DNA of 64,000 bases from Sphingomonadales bacterium RIFCSPLOWO2_12_FULL_63_15 (lineage in GTDB: Bacteria > Pseudomonadota > Alphaproteobacteria > Sphingomonadales > Sphingomonadaceae). The position numbers and the translations under genes are program-made. Every line of letters begins with the position of its first letter. Within the stretch, counting starts at the first letter, position 1. The notes beneath the pieces were generated by a model. It worked only from the letters and a program-made list of their open reading frames with translations. It made no database searches and was not told where the DNA came from. Where the stretch lies: NCBI GenBank assembly GCA_001829085.1, contig MIAK01000058.1, forward strand, positions 29,930 to 93,929, read 5' to 3'. This document shows, one piece after another, positions 39,911 to 50,187 of this stretch.

Positions 39911-40945
39911 ATGACAATGACGAAGCCAAGTATCGAAACTATCATGGGTAGCGCGGAATGGCTGCCCCATCGCTATGATGCAACGCGAGATTGCTTTCAT
40001 ATGGTATCCGTGTCGCGTCAGCGGCACCGCAAAATGCCGTTCTTAACCGACCAATATCTGGGTGAAGGTGTCGAGCGCCGCGCCGTTTCCCGTGCGACCG
40101 CCATGATTCACGCTATGCCACCAGCACCCATCCATTTCATATTCCATTCTGCCTTCTGCTGCTCCACGTTGTTGGCCTCTGCATTTGATTTGCCCGGCAT
40201 CTCAATGGGTTTGAAAGAGCCTGTATTGTTCAACGATATCATTGGCTGGCGCCATCGGGGTGCTACAGGGCCGCAGGTAGCAAAGGTGCTCGACGATGGC
40301 CTTGCGCTGATGGCACGACCCTTTGAACAGGGTGAAGCTATCATCGTAAAGCCGTCCAGCATTGCAAACCCGATGATTCCAGCTTTGATGGCGTTACGCC
40401 CCCAGTCACGCGCCGTGTTGCTCCATGCGCCACTGGCCGATTATCTGACGTCCATCGCCCGCAAAGGCATGGAAGGGCGGCTCTGGGTCCGCGACCTTTT
40501 GAAAAAGCTGCTGCGGGAAGGGATGATTGATCTTGGCATCGCCCCCGCCGACTATCTCGGTCTCACCGACATTCAAGTTGCTGCCATCGGTTGGCTCGCC
40601 CAACATATGCAGTTTCAAAAATTGGCAGGCGCTTTGGGTGACCGGGTCGTCACGTTGAACAGCGATATGTTCATCGCTAAACCGAGCGAAAGCCTAGGCC
40701 AACTAGCCCGACATTTCGATCTCGATACGCATATGGAGCGCATCAGCGCTGTCGCGTCGACCGATCTGTTCAATCATAATAGCAAAAATGGTGAAGCCTT
40801 CACGGCAGTAAATCGGACAGAAGCCGCGGCAATGGGCCGCAGCATCCACGCAGAAGAGATCGATAAGGTTGAACAATGGGCACGAGTGATCGCTACCAAT
40901 CGAACCATTGCGATGGAACTGCCCAACCCACTTCTTAGATCATAA
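39911..40945 (+). CDS. Sulfotransferase-like P-loop protein with degenerate motifs
   Basis: FIFHSAFCCSTLL...LKEP resembles the 5'-PSB FH..RxGSTLL...EP pattern. Start uncertain (39821/39911/39917). Confidence 0.6.
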   Translation: MTMTKPSIETIMGSAEWLPHRYDATRDCFHMVSVSRQRHRKMPFLTDQYLGEGVERRAVSRATAMIHAMPPAPIHFIFHSAFCCSTLLASAFDLPGISMGLKEPVLFNDIIGWRHRGATGPQVAKVLDDGLALMARPFEQGEAIIVKPSSIANPMIPALMALRPQSRAVLLHAPLADYLTSIARKGMEGRLWVRDLLKKLLREGMIDLGIAPADYLGLTDIQVAAIGWLAQHMQFQKLAGALGDRVVTLNSDMFIAKPSESLGQLARHFDLDTHMERISAVASTDLFNHNSKNGEAFTAVNRTEAAAMGRSIHAEEIDKVEQWARVIATNRTIAMELPNPLLRS

Positions 40946-40954
40946 ATGTCCCAT

Positions 40955-40990
40955 AAAAAAAGGGTCGGCAAATTGCCGACCCTTTCCTTT
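40955..40990. terminator. Bidirectional rho-independent terminator
   Basis: AAAAAAAGGGTCGGCAA-A-TTGCCGACCCTTT between convergent genes. Confidence 0.85.
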
Positions 40991-41007
40991 TGCGATGTAT
41001 AACAGGA

Positions 41008-43941
41008 TCAGAAGCGCAGCTTGATAGCAGCACCATAGCGACGACCCAGAGCGTCGTAGGTCGACGGATAGGTGTTGCCGCTGTTCCACGAGGTCGGGCC
41101 AGCGTCCGAACCGACAATCGGTGGCTTCTTGTTGAACATGTTCTGCACGGTCAGCGTCAGAGTGACGTTGTCGCTCACGTTGAAACGCGATGTCCAATCG
41201 AAGTAGTCATAGGCCGGGATGGTGTTGAAATCTTCTTCACCGGTGTAGCCAATCGGCGTTCCAACGAAAAGACCACCGTTTTCCGAGCGGAAACCGTCCA
41301 GATGGCGCCAGACCAACGAATGGTCCATGCTTTCAAAGGCCAGTGTCGTCCGCAACGTCCACTGATATTCCGGCTGCAGAGAACCACAGTTCACGCTGTA
41401 CAAACCAACGCAATCACGATTGACGTCGCTCGGCGTCGATTGGAAAGTCGACTTGTTCGTCCAGTTACCGTTGAACGCCATCGCCAGCGTCGCAAAACCG
41501 ACATCACGACGATAGTTCATGATCACGTCGATACCATCCGTAGCGAGACGGCCCAGGTTGGACAGACCAGCAAACAGGCCGCCCGTGGTGTTCGGATCGC
41601 CGTTCAAACCGCCCGTGAGCGGATCGCGCCGGATGATAGTGCAAGCCGGGTTTGAAACGCTGAGGTTACCCGCACCGAAACACGCATCAACAGCATCATC
41701 AGGCGAAGGCGTGGTGATCGCACCGCTGATCTTGATGTTGTAATAATCGACCGACATGCTGAAGCCGGGAATAAACGCCGGCGTCAGGATTGCACCGATA
41801 GTGTAGCTGTTCGACGTTTCCGGCCCGAGAGCAAGGTTGCCGCCGGTCGTTACGTTGGCCTGGCCAGCGATCGGAGCATTGATCGCTTCAACGTTGCCGG
41901 GCGTGGCACCCTGCGCAAGACAGACGTCGCGCAATACACCGGTGGGAGCCGGTGCGAAACGCTGGCCTTCGTCATTGATCGACGCGCATGGATCATCGGT
42001 CAGGTTGGTCAGCAGAGTGTTCACCGGAGTGAACAGTTCCGCGATGTTGGGTGCACGGACAGCGCGCGAATAGCCACCGCGGATGCCGATCCCCTGCGTC
42101 GGAGCCCAGGTCCCCTTCACGTTCCATGTCGTGGTGTTGTAACCCGGCTTTCCAGGTGCGTCGATCGTGTAGTTGGAGTAACGCACCCCAGCTTGGATCG
42201 TCAGTTCATCGAAGAACGGCTTGTCGCTGATGAGCGGCAGGACGATTTCACCGATGGCTTCGTAAACATCATAGCCACCGTCGATATTGGGGGCCGCGCC
42301 ACCTGCACCGCCGAGATCGCCGGAACGGGCCAATTCGTCGGACTGCTGGGTCGCACCATATTTACGATATTCGCCGCCGATCGCGAAGCCGATTGGCTGT
42401 GCCGCCCACGGCGAAGTAACGCCAAAGTCACCACTGATCGTCGCACGAGCCTGAGCCAGCGTGGTACGGGTCTGCACAGTGCTGTTGGCGGTGAGGAAAG
42501 CTGCGCCTTCCGGCGAGATACCACCAACGCTAGGCGCGAACCAGTTGATAGGCACACATTCTGGATTTTCGCTCAGGCAGGTTGCTGTATTGGTTGCCAG
42601 CATGGACTCCTGGACGCGCGAGTTGAGCGTGTAACCCTTGATCGTCTGAACCTGGTCGCTTTCACCATAGGCACCATACACGTCCCAATCGATCGTGTCG
42701 GTGATGCCACCACGCAGACCGAGGCGATAGTCGAACACTGTGTTCGTGTAATCGCTGATGCGTGGGCCTACTTCGGCTGCACGACGGAACATTGCGCTCG
42801 TCACAGTCTGATAGTTTGGATCGTTGGGATCCGTGGCAAGAGCGGCCGCATCGCATGCAGCGGTCGAAATGCCATTGCCTGCGCAGAACTGATTACGAAT
42901 GCCAGAGGTCAGGAATGGATTGCTGAGCGGAATATCAACGGCGATACCGAACGAACCGGAAGGCGCAATGATGGTGCTGACCGTGTTCTTCGTGAACATG
43001 CCCCGGCTGTAGACTTCGACAGCATCGCTGATCTCATAGCGACCGGCGGCGTAGATGTTGTAGCGCTCGAACGGGGTCTGGAAGATGTTCGCGGGCGCAA
43101 AGTTGAAGGGGGCGTATGTGCCAACAAGCGATTGGCCATCCGGCGCAACCTGCAACGTGCCACTCCCGGGAACGCTGAAGCGCGAGGGGATCGACGTACC
43201 CGAACCGGCACCCTGTCCAGAAATAGACCCGATGGTATTCTGACCGATCTTACGCGCGCCCTGATATACCGGGTCGGACTGCTGATAGCCAATGCCCAGC
43301 ACGACGTTGCCACGACCGTCATCAAAATTCGCGCCGGTGGTCACGTCGAAACGAACGGTATGCCCGTCGCCCTCGTCGGTGATCTGGTTAGCAAGATTGG
43401 CTTCAAAACCCGAAAAATCGGACTTGGTGATGAAGTTGACGACACCCGAAATGGCGTCGGCACCATAGGTGGTCGATGCGCCGCCAGTCAGGACTTCCAC
43501 ACGCTCGATCAGGGCCAATGGAACGTTGTTGAGATCGAATCGGCCGTTCAGTTCAGCTGGAACGACGCGTACACCGTCCAACAGCACGACGTTACGGTTA
43601 GAACCCAAGCCACGCAGGTTGACGAACGAGAAACCACCATTGCCGTTGTTCACGGCCGAGCCGATGCTCGGAACGATCCCTGGAATCTCGCGAAGCAGTT
43701 CTTCTGCCACGTTGGCCTGCTGCAGATCGATTTCATCAGCAGTCGTAACGTTAACAGGCGAAGATGACGCCAGGTTCGGATTGCGGATCAACGAACCGGT
43801 AACGATGATGGTGTCGCCCGCTTCTGCACCAGCGGCCTGTGGCGCTTCCTGTGCGAATGCGGCGGTTGCGATCAGCGACGCACCGAGGATCGCCGGTGCG
43901 GCGCTGGCACGCAGAAGTGCCCTCTTTGAAAATGTCTTCAC
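41008..43941 (-). CDS. TonB-dependent receptor
   Basis: GTG start with AGGGA RBS; signal peptide; TonB box DTIIVTGS; plug IERVEVLTGGAS..YGADAISGVVNFI; C-terminal IKLRF. Confidence 0.95.
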   Translation of the reverse strand: MKTFSKRALLRASAAPAILGASLIATAAFAQEAPQAAGAEAGDTIIVTGSLIRNPNLASSSPVNVTTADEIDLQQANVAEELLREIPGIVPSIGSAVNNGNGGFSFVNLRGLGSNRNVVLLDGVRVVPAELNGRFDLNNVPLALIERVEVLTGGASTTYGADAISGVVNFITKSDFSGFEANLANQITDEGDGHTVRFDVTTGANFDDGRGNVVLGIGYQQSDPVYQGARKIGQNTIGSISGQGAGSGTSIPSRFSVPGSGTLQVAPDGQSLVGTYAPFNFAPANIFQTPFERYNIYAAGRYEISDAVEVYSRGMFTKNTVSTIIAPSGSFGIAVDIPLSNPFLTSGIRNQFCAGNGISTAACDAAALATDPNDPNYQTVTSAMFRRAAEVGPRISDYTNTVFDYRLGLRGGITDTIDWDVYGAYGESDQVQTIKGYTLNSRVQESMLATNTATCLSENPECVPINWFAPSVGGISPEGAAFLTANSTVQTRTTLAQARATISGDFGVTSPWAAQPIGFAIGGEYRKYGATQQSDELARSGDLGGAGGAAPNIDGGYDVYEAIGEIVLPLISDKPFFDELTIQAGVRYSNYTIDAPGKPGYNTTTWNVKGTWAPTQGIGIRGGYSRAVRAPNIAELFTPVNTLLTNLTDDPCASINDEGQRFAPAPTGVLRDVCLAQGATPGNVEAINAPIAGQANVTTGGNLALGPETSNSYTIGAILTPAFIPGFSMSVDYYNIKISGAITTPSPDDAVDACFGAGNLSVSNPACTIIRRDPLTGGLNGDPNTTGGLFAGLSNLGRLATDGIDVIMNYRRDVGFATLAMAFNGNWTNKSTFQSTPSDVNRDCVGLYSVNCGSLQPEYQWTLRTTLAFESMDHSLVWRHLDGFRSENGGLFVGTPIGYTGEEDFNTIPAYDYFDWTSRFNVSDNVTLTLTVQNMFNKKPPIVGSDAGPTSWNSGNTYPSTYDALGRRYGAAIKLRF

Positions 43942-44334
43942 GGTCCAGTCCCTTGCTCTGGAGGTTGGCAGATGTCCTGCCACTATTTCTACCTATGGAG
44001 GGATAAGGTGCCCGACAGCGATCCCCCCATATGCATGGCCGTGAAACTGCGCGGGGAGCAGGGCGCTGTAAAGCGCGGGAAAAGGGCATTCACCGCTTTT
44101 AAATGTGGCTGTATCATAAATGCAACAAGAGCGTGGTAGAGCTGTTTTACGGCTGTTTAGTAACATTATTTCGTTCGAGCGCCGTTTGACAACCCATTGA
44201 TGTCCGCACCTGTCCAGCGATCGGTTGATAGTGGCGCAGACGCGACAGGTTGTGGTGATCCTGCGATATATTGACCTTGTTTTAAGCCGAGGCATGCTAG
44301 GACGATCTCGGGTTGATTGATGAGGAGAGACGGC

Positions 44335-44883
44335 ATGAAGCATCTGAGCATGGGTCTGCTGGGGGTGTTTTTGTGCCTCATGACCGGAAGCGCCAGCGCT
44401 GCACCAAAGCGCCAGCAGCCGCGCCCAGAGATTTTCACGGACTTGTTGCAGTGCCGATCCGTTGCACAGGATGCAGAGCGACTGGCCTGCTTTGATCGTC
44501 AGGTCGGCGCGATCGACGCCGCTGCCCAGCGGGACGAAGTGGTCGTGCTGGACAAGAGCGAACTCAATAAGACGCGCAAGACGCTGTTTGGCTTTTCCTT
44601 CCCCAAACTGCCCTTTTTGGGCGGGGGCGAAGCGGATGACAGCAGCGAGGCGAAGGTCGAGGGAGTCGATCAAATCGAAGCGGTGATCGCTTCGGTGCGC
44701 AGCCTTGGATATGGCAAGTGGCAGATCGGGCTGGAAGATGGCGCGGTATGGGCCACCACCGAAGCGATGACGGCGCGCGACCCCAAGGTCGGCCAGACGA
44801 TCGAACTAAAGCGCGCCGCCATGGGCAGCTTCATGGGCAAGGTGGCGGGCGGCCGCGCCGTGCGGATGAAGCGGGTCAGTTAG
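44335..44883 (+). CDS. Secreted hypothetical protein (C..ERLAC.D motif)
   Basis: GAGGAG RBS; signal peptide; LLQCRSVAQDAERLACFD. Confidence 0.78.
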   Translation: MKHLSMGLLGVFLCLMTGSASAAPKRQQPRPEIFTDLLQCRSVAQDAERLACFDRQVGAIDAAAQRDEVVVLDKSELNKTRKTLFGFSFPKLPFLGGGEADDSSEAKVEGVDQIEAVIASVRSLGYGKWQIGLEDGAVWATTEAMTARDPKVGQTIELKRAAMGSFMGKVAGGRAVRMKRVS

Positions 44884-44903
44884 ACCGCTTCATCCGCCTT
44901 TCT

Positions 44904-45755
44904 TCACCGCCCTTGTGGCATTGGCCCTGCTATCAACAGCGGGTCGATGCGCGCGGCGTTCCACTTCATACCCCAATGGAGATGCGGGCCGGTCGCGCGG
45001 CCGGTCGCGCCGATCGCACCGATGCGTTGCCCTTGGGTGACAGTGTCGCCCAGCTTTACATCGATTCGCGACAGATGAAGGAAAGCGCTGTTGAGACCAT
45101 GGCCATGGTCGATCATCAGCAGATGGCCTTCCAACGTGAAAGGCTTGGCCGCCGCCGCCAGGATCACCACACCTTCGGCAGGCGCGACAACCGGTGTGCC
45201 GGTCGCACCCGCGACATCGACGCCACCATGATAGGCACCCGGCTGCCCCTGATAGACGCGCTGCGCCCCGAACAAGCCGGAAATGCGCCCCATGGCTGGC
45301 CAGATAAAGCGCTGCCGCCAGCCCTGGGCATGGGTGTGCAGCGCACGGGCGGCCGCGATCTGCGCCAGTTCGGGCTTGCGAAGCGCCAAGAAGGCGGCCG
45401 TGCTGCTGGACGGCCGCATCGGGGCATTGATCCGCTCGATCCGCCAGGCGCGCGGCGCGATGGTCAGGCTTTTCTCGATCGTCCGCCCATTGGCGAGTTC
45501 CGCAGTCAGCCGGGCGGTCGGCGCAGCGTCACGATCGAAGGCGATCAGAAAGCGGCCATCGGCATCGATCGGTACAACCGCGTCACCCAGACGGAGCGAG
45601 ACTGTATCGGCGGGCGCGGTGCCAGCCACCACTCCGCCCTGAATCATTGTGCCCGTGAGTCGGAGATCGGCAGGCCCGGCCCCAGGCCCGGCCAGTGGCG
45701 CGGCGCTCGACGTTCCGGCAAAGGCAAACAGCAAGGCAAAGGTAAGCGACTTCAT
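44904..45755 (-). CDS. M23-family metallopeptidase
   Basis: HGGVD (HxxxD) and GPHLHW (HxH) motifs; signal peptide. Confidence 0.92.
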   Translation of the reverse strand: MKSLTFALLFAFAGTSSAAPLAGPGAGPADLRLTGTMIQGGVVAGTAPADTVSLRLGDAVVPIDADGRFLIAFDRDAAPTARLTAELANGRTIEKSLTIAPRAWRIERINAPMRPSSSTAAFLALRKPELAQIAAARALHTHAQGWRQRFIWPAMGRISGLFGAQRVYQGQPGAYHGGVDVAGATGTPVVAPAEGVVILAAAAKPFTLEGHLLMIDHGHGLNSAFLHLSRIDVKLGDTVTQGQRIGAIGATGRATGPHLHWGMKWNAARIDPLLIAGPMPQGR

Positions 45756-45964
45756 CCGATGCGCTTAGCTACGCGTTCGGCCTCAACGGATGCTTCCGCG
45801 CTGGCATAGGGTTCCTGCCGGGCGATGCTCCAATAGCGTAGGTCTTCCAGCGCGATCTTCCGCCCCGTCATGGCGCACAGCACATGATCCCCCGCCTGCA
45901 GCACACGGAAGCTGTAGGGCATATAATGGAGCCGGGCGATCCGGTCGCGGTTGGACATCAGCAT
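45752..45964 (-). CDS. DUF2093-like small protein
   Basis: 70 aa; GDHVLCA.TG.KI.LEDLRYWS..RQEPY; overlaps the M23 gene start. Confidence 0.8.
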   Translation of the reverse strand: MLMSNRDRIARLHYMPYSFRVLQAGDHVLCAMTGRKIALEDLRYWSIARQEPYASAEASVEAERVAKRIG

Positions 45965-45984
45965 CAGTCGGGCCTTTCATGCGG

Positions 45985-47490
45985 TCAGGAGAAAAGATCT
46001 TGCTGCGGCGGTGCGTCGGCACTGCGCGCCTTGCGGCGCGCGCGTGCTGCTGACGATATAGCGGCAGGGTCGGGCTGCTTAAACAAGGCCGCGCCCTGCC
46101 CGACGGTTGCATCGACCGTTCCGTCCTTGAAATGCAGCGTCACTGCGCCTGCGCCTTGCGCCGCCGCAACGGACTGTATCAGCCGCCCTCCTGCCATCAC
46201 GCGGGCATAGCCGCGCGCCAGCGGCCGGTCGGGATCAAGCGAGGTGAAATGGCGCGATACCCGGTCGAAAGCGGTCGCGCGGTCGGTCAAGACGCGCGCC
46301 AGATAATCGGGACGCGGCCGCAACCGGTCGAGTCGCTCGCTTGCACGGGCCAGTTGCTGCTGGAGCAGCGCCGGTCGCAAGGCACCACCCGCCTGCCCCA
46401 GTTGCGCGCGGGCGTCGGCGATCCGGTGACGCAAGCCGCTGGCCAGGGCTTCGGACAATTGGTCGAGGCGCTGCCGCTGCGGCGAAAGCAGCATGTCGGG
46501 GGTGGGCATCAGCCGCGCCTGCATGTCGAGGCGCTCTTTCGCCTGCGCCGCATTGCGACGGACCGCGCGTCCGGCCCGCAGGCCCATTTCAGCGAGGGTG
46601 GCGAGCAGGTCGGCGCGCACCGGCACCGCCATCTCCGCCGCTGCAGTCGGCGTGGGCGCGCGGCGATCGGCGGCATGGTCGCACAGGGTCGTGTCGGTTT
46701 CATGCCCGACCGCCGAGATGATCGGGATGGTGCAGTCTGCGACGGCGCGGACGACGATTTCCTCGTTGAAGCTCCACAAATCCTCGATCGACCCGCCGCC
46801 GCGCGCGACAATGACGAGGTCGGGCCGGGGCACGGGGCCGTTGCCGTCCATGGCGGAAAAGCCGCGCACTGCCCGCGCGATCTGCTCGGCGGCACCATTG
46901 CCCTGCACCAATACCGGCCAGACCAGGACGTTGGTGGGGCAGCGATCAGCGAGGCGATGGAGAATGTCGCGGATCACCGCGCCGGTGGGCGAGGTGACGA
47001 CACCGATGGTACGCGGCAGAAAGGGCAAAGGCTGTTTGCGATCGACTGCGAACAAGCCTTCGGCAGCAAGCTTGGCCTTGAGCTTTTCGAGCAGCGCCAT
47101 CAGCGCGCCTTCGCCCGCCAATTCCATCCGTTCGATCACGATCTGATATTTGGAGCGGCCGGGATAGGTGGTGAGTTTGCCAGTGGCGATCACCTCCACC
47201 CCATCCTGCGGCGAAAAGGCCAGCCGCTGCGCCCCGCCCTTCCACATCACCCCGTCGATGACCGCATTATCATCCTTGAGCGCGAGATAGAGATGGCCTG
47301 ACGCGGCGCGCTTGAAGCCGGAAATCTCGCCGCGCAGGCGGACATGGCCAAAGCGGTCCTCGACCGTGCGCTTGAGCATGCCCGACAATTCGCTGACGGA
47401 CAGCGGCGGCGCGTTGTCGCCTGCGCGTTCCTCCGCTAACAGGCGGCCCGAACTGTCATAGGCATCGAAATCCGGGGACGTGGGCGACAT
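45985..47490 (-). CDS. xseA: Exodeoxyribonuclease VII large subunit
   Basis: GEISGF...[30 protein letters not shown] and AVGHETD motifs. Confidence 0.96.
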   Translation of the reverse strand: MSPTSPDFDAYDSSGRLLAEERAGDNAPPLSVSELSGMLKRTVEDRFGHVRLRGEISGFKRAASGHLYLALKDDNAVIDGVMWKGGAQRLAFSPQDGVEVIATGKLTTYPGRSKYQIVIERMELAGEGALMALLEKLKAKLAAEGLFAVDRKQPLPFLPRTIGVVTSPTGAVIRDILHRLADRCPTNVLVWPVLVQGNGAAEQIARAVRGFSAMDGNGPVPRPDLVIVARGGGSIEDLWSFNEEIVVRAVADCTIPIISAVGHETDTTLCDHAADRRAPTPTAAAEMAVPVRADLLATLAEMGLRAGRAVRRNAAQAKERLDMQARLMPTPDMLLSPQRQRLDQLSEALASGLRHRIADARAQLGQAGGALRPALLQQQLARASERLDRLRPRPDYLARVLTDRATAFDRVSRHFTSLDPDRPLARGYARVMAGGRLIQSVAAAQGAGAVTLHFKDGTVDATVGQGAALFKQPDPAAISSAARARRKARSADAPPQQDLFS

Positions 47491-48766
47491 GAACATCCTT
47501 TTGCTTGGCGGCGGTGGCCGCGAACATGCGCTGGCGTGGAAGCTGGCGCAATCGCCCCGGCTCGATACGCTCTACGCCGCGCCGGGCAACCCCGGCATAG
47601 CCGAGCAAGCGACGTTGGTCGACCTCGACGCGACGGATCATCGCTCCGTGCTGGATTTCTGCACCCGCCATTCGATCGGCCTGGTGGTGATCGGTCCCGA
47701 AGCGCCGCTGGTGGACGGGCTGGCCGATAATCTGCGCACCATGGGCGTTCCGGTGTTTGGCCCCAACAAGAAGGCCGCGCAACTGGAGGGGTCCAAGGGG
47801 TTCACCAAGGATCTGTGCCAGCGCGCCCATATTCCGACCGCTGCCTATCAGCGCGTCACCAGCAAGGACGGCGCGATCGCCGCGCTGGACGATTTCACGC
47901 TGCCGGTGGTGATCAAGGCCGATGGGCTGGCGGCGGGCAAAGGTGTGATCATCGCGGAAACACGCGAGGAAGCGCTCGATGCGCTGGACACCATGTTCTC
48001 CGGCGCGTTCGGCGCGGCCGGAGAGGAAGTGGTGCTGGAAGAGTTCATGACCGGCGAGGAGGCCAGCTTCTTTGCGCTCACCGATGGCAGCGCGATCCTG
48101 CCCTTTGGGTCGGCGCAAGATCATAAGCGTGTCGGCGATGGCGATACCGGCCCCAATACCGGGGGCATGGGTGCCTATAGCCCCGCGCGCGTGCTGACGC
48201 CCGAACTGGAGCGCCAGGTGATCGACACGATCATCGCGCCGACGGTGGCGACGATGGCGGCGGAGGGAATGCCCTATTCGGGCGTCCTCTATGCCGGGCT
48301 GATGCTGACCGATCAGGGGCCAAAGCTGATCGAATATAATGCCCGTTTCGGCGACCCCGAATGCCAGGTGCTGATGATGCGCTTCGATGGCGACCTGGTC
48401 GATTTGTTGCTGAGCGTCGCGCAGGGGACGTTGGCGGAGCAGGGGCCGGTGCAACTGGCCGACCGCACGGCGCTGACCGTCGTGATGGCCGCCAATGGCT
48501 ATCCAGGCACGCCGGAAAAGGGCGGCGCGATTCAGGGAATCGATGCGGCGCAGGCGCGTGGCGCGATGGTGTTCCATGCAGGGACGGCGCAACAGGCTGG
48601 CGCGCTGGTCGCCAATGGAGGGCGCGTGCTCAATGTAACCGCGACAGGCGAGAATGTCGGCGCAGCGCAGGCGGCCGCCTATGCCGCCGTCGATGCGATC
48701 GATTTTCCGACCGGCTTCTGCCGCCGCGACATCGGCTGGCGCGAGGTTGCGCGCGAACAGGGGTGA
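47489..48766 (+). CDS. purD: Phosphoribosylamine--glycine ligase
   Basis: [25 protein letters not shown] and [10 protein letters not shown] motifs. Confidence 0.97.
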   Translation: MNILLLGGGGREHALAWKLAQSPRLDTLYAAPGNPGIAEQATLVDLDATDHRSVLDFCTRHSIGLVVIGPEAPLVDGLADNLRTMGVPVFGPNKKAAQLEGSKGFTKDLCQRAHIPTAAYQRVTSKDGAIAALDDFTLPVVIKADGLAAGKGVIIAETREEALDALDTMFSGAFGAAGEEVVLEEFMTGEEASFFALTDGSAILPFGSAQDHKRVGDGDTGPNTGGMGAYSPARVLTPELERQVIDTIIAPTVATMAAEGMPYSGVLYAGLMLTDQGPKLIEYNARFGDPECQVLMMRFDGDLVDLLLSVAQGTLAEQGPVQLADRTALTVVMAANGYPGTPEKGGAIQGIDAAQARGAMVFHAGTAQQAGALVANGGRVLNVTATGENVGAAQAAAYAAVDAIDFPTGFCRRDIGWREVAREQG

Positions 48767-48827
48767 AGGCTTGCCGTTCGGGACAAAGCGTCCCTACATA
48801 GCGGCACGATATTCAGGGAGGCGCGTG

Positions 48828-49373
48828 ATGCAGGAATTTTTCATGGACTATGGGCTGTGGTTGCTGGTGGGTCTGCTGGTGATCATCGGCCTTGTCTTCC
48901 TGCTGTCGGGCAAGGGCAAGGGCAAGATGAACGAGGTTGCCCCCCCTGCTGCGGTCGAAGCGGAAACGATGCCGCTTGCAGCCGTGCCGGTCGCCCCGCC
49001 CGTCCCGGTTGCGCCCGTTGCGATTGCACCGGTAGCCGTCGAACCCGTCGCCGTAGCGCCGGTTGCGGTAGAGCCTGTCGTGGTGGTCGAAGCGGAAGCG
49101 CCTGCGCCGATGGCTACCGTCGCGCCGGAAGCGGGCGAGGACGATCTGCTGCGCATGAAGGGCGTCGGCCCCAAACTCAAGGCGTTGCTCAAGGACCTTG
49201 GCATCACCCGCTTTGCACAGATCGCCGCCTGGACCGACACGGACATCGCCGCGATCGACGCAAGGCTGGGCAATTTCAAGGGCCGTCCGATCCGCGACCA
49301 GTGGGTCGATCAGGCGAAATATCTGGCCGCGGGCGATATTGCCGGGTTCGAAGCGCAATATGGCAAATTGTAA
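48828..49373 (+). CDS. Membrane-anchored protein with Ala/Pro/Val linker and C-terminal helix-hairpin-helix (COG3743-like)
   Basis: N-terminal TM; DDLLRMKGVGPKL...GI.RFAQIAAW...W..QA..LA. Confidence 0.78.
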   Translation: MQEFFMDYGLWLLVGLLVIIGLVFLLSGKGKGKMNEVAPPAAVEAETMPLAAVPVAPPVPVAPVAIAPVAVEPVAVAPVAVEPVVVVEAEAPAPMATVAPEAGEDDLLRMKGVGPKLKALLKDLGITRFAQIAAWTDTDIAAIDARLGNFKGRPIRDQWVDQAKYLAAGDIAGFEAQYGKL

Positions 49374-49383
49374 GACGTAACGG

Positions 49384-50187
49384 TCAGCCCGGTACGTTGC
49401 CCAGAATTTCGCGGGCGCGCGGCGATAACCGGTCGGCGGCGGCGGCGTGGATGCCCGGCGCGGCGCAGAGCAAGCCGAAAGCGGTCGGCTTGGGCCGGTT
49501 GAAGCGCATGGGCGCACCCAGGGCGTCGGTGACCGTCGCCCCGGCCCGCTGACAGATCAGCGCGGCGGCGGCGACGTCCCACTCATTGCCCCAGCGTACC
49601 GTGGCGACCAGATCGGCCTCGTCCGCCGCGACCATCGCCATGCGCAGCGCGATGCTGTTGGGCTTTTCCACCGTCACCAAATCGCGGTCGATGCGGGGCA
49701 ATTGATCGGCGGGCACGCGGGCGCCGGGCAGCGTCGTGCGGTCGCCCGCGCGCAGCGTCTGCCCGTTGCGCGTCGCTGGGCCGTCCGCCTGCGCGATCCA
49801 ATATTCGTTGCGGGCGGGCGCGGCCAATATGCCGAGCCGAACCGCGCCATCCTCGATCAGCGCGACCGACACCGCCCAGCCGGGCCGTCCGCGCAGATAG
49901 TCGCGCGTCCCGTCGATCGGATCGACCACCCAGACGCGCGGCACGCCCAGGCGATGAACCGTGTCGGCCGTCTCCTCCGACAGCCAGCCTGCTTCAGGGT
50001 CGATCTGGCCCAGCCGCTCGCGCAGCAGCGCATCAACTTCCAGGTCGGCCTCACATACCGGATGGCCCGGCACCTTTTCCCACTGGCGCACGCGGGTATC
50101 GCCCCCCGCCCAAAGGGTCAGCGCATGATCGGCGGCATCGGCGACCGCCGATACGATCGCGCGCAGGTCTATCTCAGCCCCCGGCAA
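49384..50187 (-). CDS. cysQ: 3'(2'),5'-bisphosphate nucleotidase / inositol monophosphatase family
   Basis: PVCEAD, WLSEE, DPIDGT and EWDVAAA motifs. Confidence 0.78.
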   Translation of the reverse strand: MPGAEIDLRAIVSAVADAADHALTLWAGGDTRVRQWEKVPGHPVCEADLEVDALLRERLGQIDPEAGWLSEETADTVHRLGVPRVWVVDPIDGTRDYLRGRPGWAVSVALIEDGAVRLGILAAPARNEYWIAQADGPATRNGQTLRAGDRTTLPGARVPADQLPRIDRDLVTVEKPNSIALRMAMVAADEADLVATVRWGNEWDVAAAALICQRAGATVTDALGAPMRFNRPKPTAFGLLCAAPGIHAAAADRLSPRAREILGNVPG

